From: Tubiluchus corallicola
Taxonomy: Eukaryota; Animalia; Priapulida
DNA length: 64,000 nucleotides
Direction of reading: 5' to 3'
Assembly: GCA_030141605.1 (NCBI GenBank)
Contig: JAQGDQ010000031.1
Span: 1-64,000 of the forward strand
In this document: positions 10,996-22,052 of the stretch, piece after piece
Layout of the letters: each line of letters begins with the position of its first letter
Numbering within the stretch: position 1 is the first letter of the stretch
Program-made: the position numbers and the translations under genes
Notes under the pieces: generated by a model
Database searches by the model: none
What the model saw: the letters and a program-made list of their open reading frames with translations, nothing else
Told to the model about the DNA's origin: nothing

Positions 10996-11402
10996 AATAA
11001 ACCTTTTCACAGTTTCGCTGTGCGCGCTCAGTTACTGCATACCAAAGGTTAAGTGTACCACAGCAACGCATCTTAACTACAATCGTCACATGACATGCGA
11101 GTAAAGCAAAGCCGCCTGCTGCATCAGTTCAGTAACTTCAGTTGTTTTACGTGGTCGTCACTTAGTTATGCATTAGTTTGCGTGTAGAGTCATTTACCAG
11201 CAGGCTCTTGCTTTGGAATAAGAAAAAATGAACTAGGTAAGGTTCTAGCTAGCTGTTAAAGCTGTTACTATTACAACAGCGTGGGCTGTGAAGTGTTGTC
11301 AAGTGTACACATATGCGTTGTCTGGTACACTGTCTACACAAATGCATTGTCTGGTACACTTAACCTTTGACCTTTTTGCGATCAACATCAATCGCTGGAA
11401 CT
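10996..11402 (+). mobile_element. MITE family A, copy 2 (3' end lost)
   Basis: Starts aataaaccttttcacagtt; shared core aagaaaaaatgaactaggtaaggttctagctagctgttaaa. Confidence 0.85.
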
Positions 11403-11719
11403 ATCACACAACTTGAAAATGATGTGGTCTATTTTTGTGAGGACTACCGCAAGGAATTTTTTCTCTAGGCATTTTGCTGTGTGTCCTCTCTATGAAATGG
11501 ACCTTTCACTGCAAATACGAACCCTCCTAATTCATAGGAAATGAGGCAATTCATATTAAATTACCACACAGTTTAACTACCTATTATGGTCTTGCTTAAA
11601 GCACAATAAAACCCTCCACTTACATAAAGCTTAAAAAATTCGTCTTGAAACGCTTATGTACTGCCTTTTTGCATACAGGGCTTGCGTCGATAGTAACACA
11701 GTATAAAACTTATACATTT

Positions 11720-11920
11720 AAACTCCCGTGATGACCGCTAGGTGCAGCCATTTTGAATAGTAGGTCGTTTGAAACAAGTTTACATAACACTGAGTAAAGT
11801 TTGAAGCTATAATCAGAGCATTCGTAGCGCTCACGTCACTATCTAGATAAAATTTAACATTACTGTATCCTGTCAATAAGATTGAAAATACGTTTTTGGT
11901 TAGTGAATGGGGCACCATTG
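11720..11920 (+). mobile_element. Old dispersed repeat family B, copy 3 (partial)
   Basis: taggtgcagccattttg...gaaacaagtttacataaca...aatcagagcattcgtagc. Confidence 0.75.
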
Positions 11921-12496
11921 TGATTTCACATTTGGGCAGCTAGTTCTTTGCATTTCGTTTTTTAGTTAGAATGGGCCCTAGTGCCTGCATAAGTTGCACA
12001 AAAAACACGTGCTGTACATCTCAGTTTAGTTGTGAAGTACAATACACATTTGAGAGCTTATGCCTGAGCAAGCATAGCAGTAAACTTGAAATTTGAATTT
12101 TAAACTTAAAATTTGCTGAGTTTTTGTATTTCCCTCTGAGTTCTGAATAGTAGCACTATGTGTACTATACTTCAATTTTCGCTTTCGCAAACATGTGCAA
12201 CATGCTTATGGAATGTTTGTGCTGTTGGAAATTATGTGCACTTGTGATGTCATCACTAGTTGTGCTCGCCTGCCGTTAATTAAGTTTTTAGCCTATCATT
12301 TAATTATCTGAACCGCTTTGGCGTTATTATAAGTGTTAAAATGTATAGCTTACTTTTCACCGTGCTACGAGATGAGGTATGAGATGAAAAATCAATAGCA
12401 TCTGATGCTGTCATTGTTTTCTTACAAACAGTTATAGTTAGTGCTAGAACTGTTGTTGGGTAATGCTGTCATTTTAATATTATTCTGATTTTCTAG

Positions 12497-12622
12497 CCTC
12501 GGAACAGCAGCAGCAGCACCGACAGTTCTTTACCTGATGGTTTTACGCCTCGCAAGATTTTTAATAAGTTTATGAAAGTCCAGCCGAAGCCTCCATTGCC
12601 CGCCGAGGAGCGTATCACTCAG
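12497..12622 (+). CDS. NUMA1: NuMA/Mud-like tail exon (PRNSSSSTDSSLPDGFTPRKIF...ERITQ)
   Basis: Acceptor ttttctag|, donor cag|gtatgt; 126 nt, phase 0 to 0; contains a CDK consensus TPRK. Confidence 0.8.
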
Positions 12623-13265
12623 GTATGTGCGTTTCATGTACAAAATGCATCAGGGAAGCACACAAACGAGGCGAATAGTCGAGTGGTTATTGTGCGTGCT
12701 TGGATGTAAAGTAAACAGTGTTGGATCTGGTGAGTAAATGGATGTTGACTTCCAGGCAGTTTCATCCTGTCAATGTTTCTGTGTATGCATATTTATGTGT
12801 ATAATATATATATATATATATATGTTATATTATGTTATGTTATATAAATAGGTGTTGCAAAGAAAAAAAAGTTTATTTTGATTACTTGAACATCGTCACA
12901 TTGATTTTGCAGATGCTTGCATATAAACACTAAAAATTTTAGGTCGTTCGCTTAGATTTTGCTAAAGATACGGAAGTTTTAAAACGGCAAGTTGAAAAAA
13001 TAAATGCCGCAAAGATTTTGTGTCACTATTGTTAAAATTACAGCAAGTGCTCTGTGTGTCCACGATTTTCACTGCAAAGTAGATGAACATGTTTCTTCCA
13101 ACAACTGACAACAAGTTCTTTAAGATGTATGCTGGTTTCAGCGCTGAACAAGTTCTGCCTTTAGTTCTTCTACATCAGATGGCTCTGTGTGGCCATCGTA
13201 AAGGTTTTTTGGGGGGAATTCCAGATATCCTAATTCGTAGTATTAACTTCAATTTTTTTTCTTGA

Positions 13266-13962
13266 CAACAAGTCTTTATCAGTGCTGTATTTTCTGTGCT
13301 AAAGACCAGGATGTAAACCGGTTAATTCAACAAGTCTTTATCAGTGCTTTATTTTCTGTGCTAAAGACCAGGATGTAAACCGGTTAATTCAACAAGTCTT
13401 TATCAGTGCTTTATTTTCTGTTGTAAAGACCAGGATGTAAACCGGTTAATTCAGCAAGTCTTTATCAGTGCTTTATTTTCTGTTGTAAAGACCAGGATGT
13501 AAACCGGTTAATTCAACAAGTCTTTATCAGTGCTATATTTTCTGTTGTAAAGACCAGGATGTAAACCGGTTAATTCAACAAGTCTTTATCAGTGCTTTAT
13601 TTTCTGTGCTAAAGACCAGGATGTAAACCGGTTAATTCAACAAGTCTTTATCAGTGCTGTATTTTCTGTGCTAAAGACCAGGATGTAAACCGGTTAATTC
13701 AACAAGTCTTTATCAGTGCTTTATTTTCTGTTGTAAAGACCAGGATGTAAACCGGTTAATTCAACAAGTCTTTATCAGTGCTTTATTTTCTGTGCTAAAG
13801 ACCAGGATGTAAACCGGTTAATTCAACAAGTCTTTATCAGTGCTGTATTTTCTGTTGTAAAGACCAGGATGTAAATTGGCTAATTCAACAAGTCTTTATC
13901 AGTGCTTTATTTTCTGTGCTAAAGACCAGGATGTAAACCGGTTAATTCAACGAGTCTTTATC
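13266..13962. repeat. 62-bp minisatellite, ~11 copies, intronic
   Basis: Unit caacaagtctttatcagtgctttattttctgt(gc/tg)taaagaccaggatgtaaaccggttaatt. Confidence 0.98.
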
Positions 13963-14146
13963 TTAATTAGGCTCTGCACTTGATTACCGGATTGCAGTTT
14001 TCAGTGTGTTGTGAGGAGATGCATCTCTTTTTTGCTTATTTAGGGTGTAATATAGTTAGCACGGTGCACTGTATGTTTGTTAAAACAGTTTCAGAACTCA
14101 TCGTGTATGTGAATGTCATTTGAGTAAAATTTACATATGTGGCATT

Positions 14147-14472
14147 AATAAACCTTTTCACAATGATAGTTTTGTTGTGCGCGCACGCAAAGCCGTCTGC
14201 CACATCAGTTCATTAACTTCGGTTGTTTCGCGTAGACTTTATTTAATTATGCATTAGTCTGTGTGAGGTAGAGTGATTTACTAGCAGGATCTTACTTAGA
14301 AACAAGAAAAAATGAACTAGATAAGGTTCTAGCTAGCTGTTAAAACTGTTACCTTTACAAAACCTTGGGCTGTGCGGCATTGTCCAGTGTACACGAATGT
14401 GTTGTCGGGTACGCTTAACCTTTGACCTTTTCGCGGTCATCATCATTTGCTGGAGCTTGTAAAAAGCTTATT
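14147..14472 (+). mobile_element. MITE family A, copy 3 (internal deletion)
   Basis: Termini aataaaccttttcaca / tgtaaaaagcttatt; same core as copies 1 and 2. Confidence 0.85.
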
Positions 14473-14729
14473 GAAATTCACATATGTGTGCTTGGTATTG
14501 CCTATCAGAATGCAATGCTTAATACAATGTCCTTAACTGGTTACTATGTGAACCAGCTATACTGAGCTCTGGTAAATTTGTAAAGTTAAGTGCCCTACTC
14601 GACTTAATCATATTGTTGGCTGAAGATTTGTCACAGACTTAATTTATTCACTTATAGTTGCTAGGGAACATTTGCAAACTGTGTAATTCGTTTTTTACAC
14701 TTTTACTCAGGAAATGCATTTTTTTATAG

Positions 14730-15120
14730 AAAGCCGATCCCGTGAAGAGCAGCGTTGCTTTTGAAATTTCAAACTCTCCATTGGTTGCTCCACCTCGCAG
14801 AAGGCAAAAAGAAAATAAAAAGGTTCGTACTGCTGCTACTATGGATTCTTTTCTTAACCGTAACGCTAATGATAAAAATGTTATAGATAAAGAAATTCCC
14901 CTGCCGAGTTCTGTTTCCCGCCTCAGGGCATCCACTCCCAATCGTTCCTCTTTCCCGACCACTATTCCCGACAAAAGCCCTTCTCTTCCGGACACCGACG
15001 TTTCCGCTGTTTCCCAGCCGCCCTTACTACCGACTACCAATCCGCCCGATGTATTGGTATCAAGGTTTTCTGTTGCTGTAATAAGGCGCCGGTTCAAGTC
15101 AGTAACAATGGTGCAGAAAA
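14730..15120 (+). CDS. NUMA1: NuMA/Mud-like tail exon (KADPVKSSVAFEISNSP...); 3' end at donor 14822 or 15120, or read-through to stop at 15179
   Basis: Acceptor ttttatag|. SSVAFEISNSP parallels human NuMA QSMAFSILNTP. Candidate donors aag|gttcgt and aaa|gtgagc. Confidence 0.7.
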
Positions 15121-15202
15121 GTGAGCTGCACCCTCGAATATTTCTACTATTTTCAGTTGTAGATATGGGTACTATTTAGAAACTGTAGTGATCAACAGTA
15201 AT

Positions 15203-15835
15203 CAGTGGCGTAGCAAGTGCTTGTGGCACCCCGGGAGCGGAAACTTCTGGCACCCCCCCTTTTAATGAATTGATTATTTGTTTCGTGGGTGAAGCTACAA
15301 ATTGGGCATGTTTTTTGCATCCCTGAACCCCACTTTCCTTTTTCGACATGATGGGTTAAAGTTAAACGAATGTTTTTCTGAGAATTACCCGAGTTCGGTT
15401 TGCGGTACTGCAGCTGCAGAACTCTTTTCTATGCTTTGGTCTAGGAGAGTTGCTCGTAACATGACAGCTCCAGCACTAAAACATGCAAAGATTATGAAAG
15501 ATACAGATTTCATATTAATATTTCATAGCCGTATATTAATATTTATACGGCTTTCATATTAATACAATCAGCATTAAATTTTAGAGAAATGTCACTTTTT
15601 CTCCCAAAATTATCAATCTGCTAAGCCACACGACACCTTACACATGCTGTTATGTAACAACATTAGCCTTTTTTCTAGGCTGTTATGTAGTAATTTAGTC
15701 AGCTATGATGATCTCTCATTTTGCTGTAGTTTGAAAACTTTTGTTAATTGCTAATGTTGGATTAATGATAAATAATTAACAGTCATTGAACTCTAGAAGA
15801 ATTTTGCACCCTTTCAATCTTTCGCCCGGGGACTA
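15203..15835 (+). mobile_element. Partial hAT-like element
   Basis: Left end CAGTGGCGTAGC with GCACCCC/CCCGGG subterminal motifs; similar motifs recur at 15805-15832; no right TIR or TSD found. Confidence 0.5.
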
Positions 15836-16779
15836 TTGCTTTTGTACAGTTTTTAGTCATAGTTTGTAGTACGTTTAGGCATAGTTTTTGTAGTATGAAT
15901 TGTGTGCATGTTTAGCCTGTTATTTATTATCTATTAGTTTAATGTTATTCACTTTAGTCTGCTATTTGTCATCTGTTGCTAGTTTAATATTATTCATTTT
16001 GGACAATAGTCTAGTTGTGATTGTTGATAATCATTGTCTGTTAATAGGACGAAATAAAGGATTTACCTATATTTTTGAATTGGGCTTGAATTTTGTTTCT
16101 TTACGTCTGGTGACTTTTCGCTTTTGTGTCGCTTGACAAATCGATTTTGTGTTTCGTTAAGAGTCAACAACCTAACTGTTTTACTCTGTAAAGAAAATAG
16201 TCAAGATGGCAAACTAACTCTTTAAATACGTGAAATAAAAAGTAGTCTTTTGTGCTTATTCGATATATCTTGCATTCATTCATGTATGCAGACTGGAAAA
16301 TCAAGGCAAAATGCTAGACAAAAATACATTAACAATTTGACGCTTTCATTTTGTCTAAAATCGAATATTTTTCTATAAGCGGTGTTCCATTAATGCCCAA
16401 ATTTTCGGCAAAACAAAATGTTTATATTTGCATAGACATGTATGTGTTAATGCACCTGAGCTTTGACTATTGTAACAACCATTTAAAATCAACTTTCTAT
16501 GACAAGTTTTCTGGAATTTTTTTGAATGAGTCTTTCTGTAGCTATGGGTTTCGGCAGCTTTTGAAAGTAAAATTGCTGTCTGAATTGTGCATTGTTGTCA
16601 TACCATCATATTACATTTGACTTTCGTTTGCTGTGAGTGTCGTAACTTGCAGTTAGCTGTCGTTAATTGATAGGGAGGTAGAAACTGTTGTCGCATGGTG
16701 TTTCATTGCGCATTGTGGCAAGTAACGTTTGTATCATGTTACAAGATTGTAAGCAAAATAGAGTTTTGTTGTTTTTCAG

Positions 16780-16823
16780 CCGAAGCGGACAACTTGAAGC
16801 GATTCATCAGCAACTATATTTAA
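16780..16823 (+). CDS. NUMA1: Probable terminal coding exon of the NuMA/Mud-like gene (PKRTT* in phase 0, or TEADNLKRFISNYI* in phase 1)
   Basis: Strong acceptor ttttgttgtttttcag| followed by UTR-like sequence; no homology support. Confidence 0.45.
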
Positions 16824-19800
16824 TGGTGTTGAGGCAGTTCCAGCAACATTAGCATGTATATAATCCCAGCATCTATATGTGGTAGCTTCCAAGCTGTTTC
16901 CTTTTATAATAATTCTTTGTACTTGTCCTTTAAATAAGTACTTTGGAAGTGCTTATGGTAGTGCTAGATTAGTGACATTGTTACAATAGATTGCAGATTT
17001 ATTTGTAAAAAACAAACTTGCATGATGATAATTAAATCATGTATTGATTGTCTAATGATTGTCTAAATCTATGTCCTGGAGTCGTAGTGGTTGATCACTC
17101 CAACGAAGATAGTCTAACAATTTAGTCATAAAGGCTTCGTAAAAATCATTAGCATACGATTTGAATGTTCCTGTTTATACCAATACATGCTCAGCCCCAT
17201 AATCAAGTCTTAACACGCTGGTAGCTTAAAGCTTTTTTGACTCAAGGTTTTTTTTAAAATTCCGATTGACGCGCATGTCAATCGGTATAACAGGTTTACA
17301 AATTCCATGTTAACTATCTGATCATTTTTCTACTTGCATATCCGAATTTTTGTTAAATCGACTGTTGTATATTATTACTAATAAACTAAAGTAATATATA
17401 CTAAAAAGACCAAGTTTCTGATATTGTTTTCAGAGATGCCACATGTACAGTAAGTGTGTGCACAAAATTTCTGTTATTCTTAATCTGCTAAGAATCTTTA
17501 TGGACACATTTGTATGCAGTCAGTGATACTGACTACAATGTTTACTGATTTTGTTAGAACTCTCTTCAAGAGCCTCATCGGACATGCATGTGCAAGGTTT
17601 CCTGCAATCAGGGGGGACCATAAAAGATTGCCAAAAACCAGGCTTAGTCTAAAATCAAACATCCAATTACATGTAGATCAAATATATTCTTGTTTTAACA
17701 ATTATACCGAAAGTTATGCTATTACAAACTTTGCAAAGCGATGTTAGTTAATAATTATTAGTTACAATAGTAGTTATGAACCTTCCAAAATCCTCATTTA
17801 TATTATTAATGAATCGGTTATGAAAGGTGCCACATGGCTGTGGCTGCGGAACTCTGCATGTTTTCATGACCATATAATCCAGTCCTATTTTTAATTGCTT
17901 CAGGACTGCACCATTCAAAATAGGTCTTATAAGACCTGACTTTTCTGCTACTGCTTGAGCACAGACATAATTAAATAATTATAAATTAGATACTGTTCTA
18001 TTCAGGAGAATCTCGGCTATCCAATCATGCTATTTTGAACATTTATAAGTGATTTAATTGGATAAAATTAGGAAAAACACCCTTTCCAGGCACTCCAACT
18101 TAGCCTATTGAGTAACTTAGCTTAGTACACATTTGCATGATCGTCCAAACTTTTATTGATACCTCGCTTGCTACAGCTCAAGAATACCGCCCACTGCTGT
18201 TCCAGGAAAAACCAACCAATCGATCATGGACAAATTAAGGTCGTTTCCCTTTTAAGAGAAATTTCTCCTTAAAAACAGAGTAGACTTGAGGCCCAAGTGT
18301 ATCAGCATGTTGTGTCTGGGTAGTTGAAATTTTCTGCATTAGCCGATTTCACACAAGTGATACTGCACATTGTTACAGTGTAAACACTGAAGTTGCTGCA
18401 AGCTTTTTTCAATTTTTCTCATCAAAAATCGATTTTTAATGTCTAAGGTCAGCAAATGCATTTCATATCTAATTCTGCATGCAAATCCTTTGTGTGAGGA
18501 GTAGAAACCTACAAAAATTATCAAATATAACGTAACAGCTGCTTAATGAGAGTAGTTTTTCATGAACGCATGCAAAATGTAGTGGGCACAGTCCTGAAGG
18601 AGTTAGAGCACACATTACGTTATAATGAAGTGTTTTCTAAAATGGGTTGCAGTATAAATACTAATACTATGTCAGCGAGATACAGACACCCATCCATATT
18701 TGCTTGACTTATAAATTCAAATTATTCCAATACTTGAAAACTTGACAATTGAGTGCCGAAAAGTGGTAACTTTGCAATGTACATCATGCGTTTAATGAAG
18801 ACTGTTTTTGTACATAAACTATTAACTTGCAGCAATTTTTCTATCAAAGTTACTGCACGTCTACAGCAGAATTTGCCATTTTGTCAAAATGCGCTGAAGT
18901 TCCTGGCCCAAACGGTTTGCAATTCCAAATTCAGCATCGAACAGTAAACTAGTGGTAATGTGATCAAACCTATGCAATGACATCACCAGGCATTCAATCG
19001 GTATACTGCAGTGACAGTAACAGCTCTAACACTGCTAAATCACTCCAGCTATTTGCTGATTCAGCAATAAAATTTCCCATTTCTGAAAAGCCATCGCCCC
19101 ACCTGAGCAAAATACGAGCATAATCGAACGCTCCTGTGATAATAGTAATCTGACAGCTCTAAACAACCTGGACTCAGTTTGCTTAAATTCATTTTACGCG
19201 TACATTAAGTAGAGTTCACTGAATACACTTTAAGTAATGTTTGTTTAACAAGAGCAAGAATATAGTGTCGCTGTTAAAGACTGCTAACAAAAAACTATCA
19301 GTATAAATCAATTTATCACTTTCAGTAGACAATCTTACAGTAAAAAAAGCCACCAAAACACCTCCTTACAAATCAGCATCATCAGAGTAGATCAAAAAGT
19401 TAGGAGTAACAGGCAACTAGCTTTGCATAAGCATACAGTGTACATTAGGCTTAGTGAAAAACCTAATTAAGCATAAACAATAATATTTTTGGCATTACAG
19501 TGGTGACTTTCAATGTAATGCCATCATTAGTGAAACAAAAATATCAAAAAAATGTTTCCGCATCATTCGCATTATAGAATAATAAATATTATAATTATCT
19601 TGACATTTTAGAAGCGTCTTCTCAATGTTTGTTAAACAGAAGTTCATATTGATTTTATAATGAAGCAAATTACGAATTAATTCAGAAATTAAAGTCATTA
19701 ATGGTAAAGGAACTTTGTAAACAAAAGTGAGTTACAATTACATGATTATCTAACAATAAAACAAAAATTGTTAATTAATGAATAAAGGCTCTATGCTTGC

Positions 19801-19837
19801 CAACTACATAATAACAATCATTCAGGCTGACCTGCGT

Positions 19838-19843
19838 TTTATT
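19838..19843 (-). terminator. Candidate polyadenylation signal (AATAAA) for ARPC2
   Basis: tttatt on +, ~135 nt past the ARPC2 stop; hexamer only. Confidence 0.3.
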
Positions 19844-19976
19844 AGGAAGAGTTAATAATGTGTAACAATGCTTCTTTACATTAATCAAAACTTGTACGAT
19901 ACACACACCATGGCATGCATGTGTGTATGCTAGTAATCACAGATGACATCATTTAGCTCTATATAAACGTTACTTA

Positions 19977-20651
19977 TTAATTTTTGACAAAGGTCTTGCC
20001 AGTAATAGTCTTCTTTTCTGCACCGGGTCTTTCAGGTCTCGCTCTGTTCAGTACCTTCAGGAAATCTGTCGTCTTGGCTCTCATACGGGAATGAATGTAA
20101 GCCTTAGAGCACTTGATGTGGTAGTGCAAATAGTCTCTAAACGTATGAATTAAGTTAATCGTGTTATCCCTGGCTTGTTTGTTTGTGTGACGAGGGAACA
20201 GGACAAATGTGATATATCCGATGTCGTCTCCAGTTCTCGCATCGGTACCTTGTAGTTCTAAAGGAGGTTCCTTATGGCTGAATAAAACCTGAGGTGCCGT
20301 ATGACTTGCTCGTCGACCTTCTTTAAATTCTTGCATGAAAACCTTGCCTATTACAACATCATCATCATCCTTAAACACTGTGCTAAAAACTACGGTCACT
20401 CGGTCTTGCTTCGCCTCAATGTACATAGTTTCACCATCTCTGTAGTTGACGACTGCGCGTTTCTGGCCCTCTTCTCCATTTTCTTGAAACTCAAAATATT
20501 TCTCAAACACAGATGCAAAACAGTTTCTTTTCAGCAAGCTAGCTTTATTTACCAAATCAGAACAGTCTTCCGGTAGACTTTCCAAATTGTATTCCAGAGA
20601 AATATTATATCCTTCTTCTGGCGTTGTTAAATGTGGGCCATATTCTCCCAT
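19977..20651 (-). CDS. ARPC2: Actin-related protein 2/3 complex subunit 2 (p34-Arc), intronless, N-terminal ~76 aa absent
   Basis: Diagnostic sequences [58 protein letters not shown] and [14 protein letters not shown]. The 224 aa correspond to residues ~77-300 of the canonical protein. Confidence 0.95.
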   Translation of the reverse strand: MGEYGPHLTTPEEGYNISLEYNLESLPEDCSDLVNKASLLKRNCFASVFEKYFEFQENGEEGQKRAVVNYRDGETMYIEAKQDRVTVVFSTVFKDDDDVVIGKVFMQEFKEGRRASHTAPQVLFSHKEPPLELQGTDARTGDDIGYITFVLFPRHTNKQARDNTINLIHTFRDYLHYHIKCSKAYIHSRMRAKTTDFLKVLNRARPERPGAEKKTITGKTFVKN

Positions 20652-21978
20652 GTAGTTTCAGCCATGGCCCATGGGTGAGCCCAAGCGTGAAATGATCCTG
20701 ATTTTAAAGTGATTTCAAATAAAGCGCTTATCAAACTTTTATTACTAAATCCTTCTAACATTTTTCGTCAACATTCAATTAAGCCTGACTTCCCAGAATG
20801 GTTGACCTTTCCTTTACGTGTTGCAGCTGACAAAAACTACAAAAGTTGTGGTAATTCGTGATGTTATAGTAGAAGCTGAATTTCAAGTTTTTTCAGTAAC
20901 ATGCGCTATCAATCTTATACGTAACTGTGCCATTAACAAACAGAAGTCAGAAATCGCAACTGATATAAAATGGTGATTAGCCTAGAGAAGTGATTTGGTG
21001 GCTACGTTCTGTTCTTTGTTGCAAAATTAACAGGCTGCATAAGATTATGGATATCCATAAAATAAGACCAAAAATCCATAAAATAAAATTTGAAAAATCC
21101 ATAAAATAAGAAATGAATAAAATAAAAAAATATTTTTTTGTGATTTTTTGTACAAAGTAACGAGTTGTAAGCATTGGCAACACTGAAAACGAACGTTAGA
21201 AGGAGAGAAAGAGAAAGAAAACAAACCAACAAAAGCACATTTCCGGATTTGCTATTTTACATTGTTTTTTCTCATTGTCTTTTTGTTATCAAGATGGCGA
21301 AGTTTCAATTTATTGTATATAGTTTTGCACTTCAGTTTTTTTAGTATGCACTGGACGCATTTGTCTTGAACAGTGTGGTTGCTTTAACATTGCGCTGAGG
21401 CTAGCTCAATTTTATTGTAATGAGTGAGCCGTTTTTATGACAAATAAAGAATTAATATATATATATATATTCTTTTAGATGGATTTCGGCCCTGTTCGGG
21501 GCCCAATATCTTCCAAATGTTAGCATCTGGAAGATCACTGGTTTTACTCACTGAATACTGGGGCAGCGACGCTTTAATTTGTTTCATAAAACGCTAGCTA
21601 TTTTACAGGTCACTTGCTAAGCAGCTGCTAGTGTTAAAGTTTTCGCATTTGCACGTCTCCGCGCGTTTAACTTGCGGAATTTCAAAATTACGCAGTATAA
21701 AGGAATTTCTTGAGTGGGACAGTAGGTTGTGGACGTTTGGTCACATGTACTTAAAATTTATGATAATAAATGACTAAGATTTTATATTGAAATAAGTGCA
21801 TAATTTTTGATGTGCCAATGATTTATTGACTAGCAACCATCATATATTTTTGAAAATGTGCGATGTGAAGCATGAGCTTAAATCATACAAGATCCTTTTC
21901 ATTTTCACTTTCGTTTTTTTATTTTCAGATTGCATTTTTTTAAAAACAAACATAGAAATTTTGAGTGTGTGTTGTCCT

Positions 21979-22052
21979 GGGGTAGGTGGCCGAGTGGTTT
22001 AGATTTCGGACAGTAACCACACCGTCTTGAGATCGAGTCCATCAGCCGCCAT
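21979..22052 (+). mobile_element. tRNA-derived SINE head or tRNA pseudogene
   Basis: A-box TGGCCGAGTGG and degenerate B-box GAGATCGAGTCC at tRNA-like spacing, ending GCCA; no convincing cloverleaf. Confidence 0.6.

Noticed and set aside
5118-13962. Tandem arrays as CRISPR-like loci
   Set aside because: Units are head-to-tail with no unique spacers, there are no cas genes, and the context is eukaryotic intron.
20652-20700. Stop read-through or selenocysteine extending ARPC2 upstream
   Set aside because: Residues beyond the TGA do not restore the ARPC2 N-terminus, and there is no Cys at that position in the family.
21979-22052. Functional tRNA gene
   Set aside because: The B-box is degenerate and the stems do not pair; treated as a SINE head or pseudogene.
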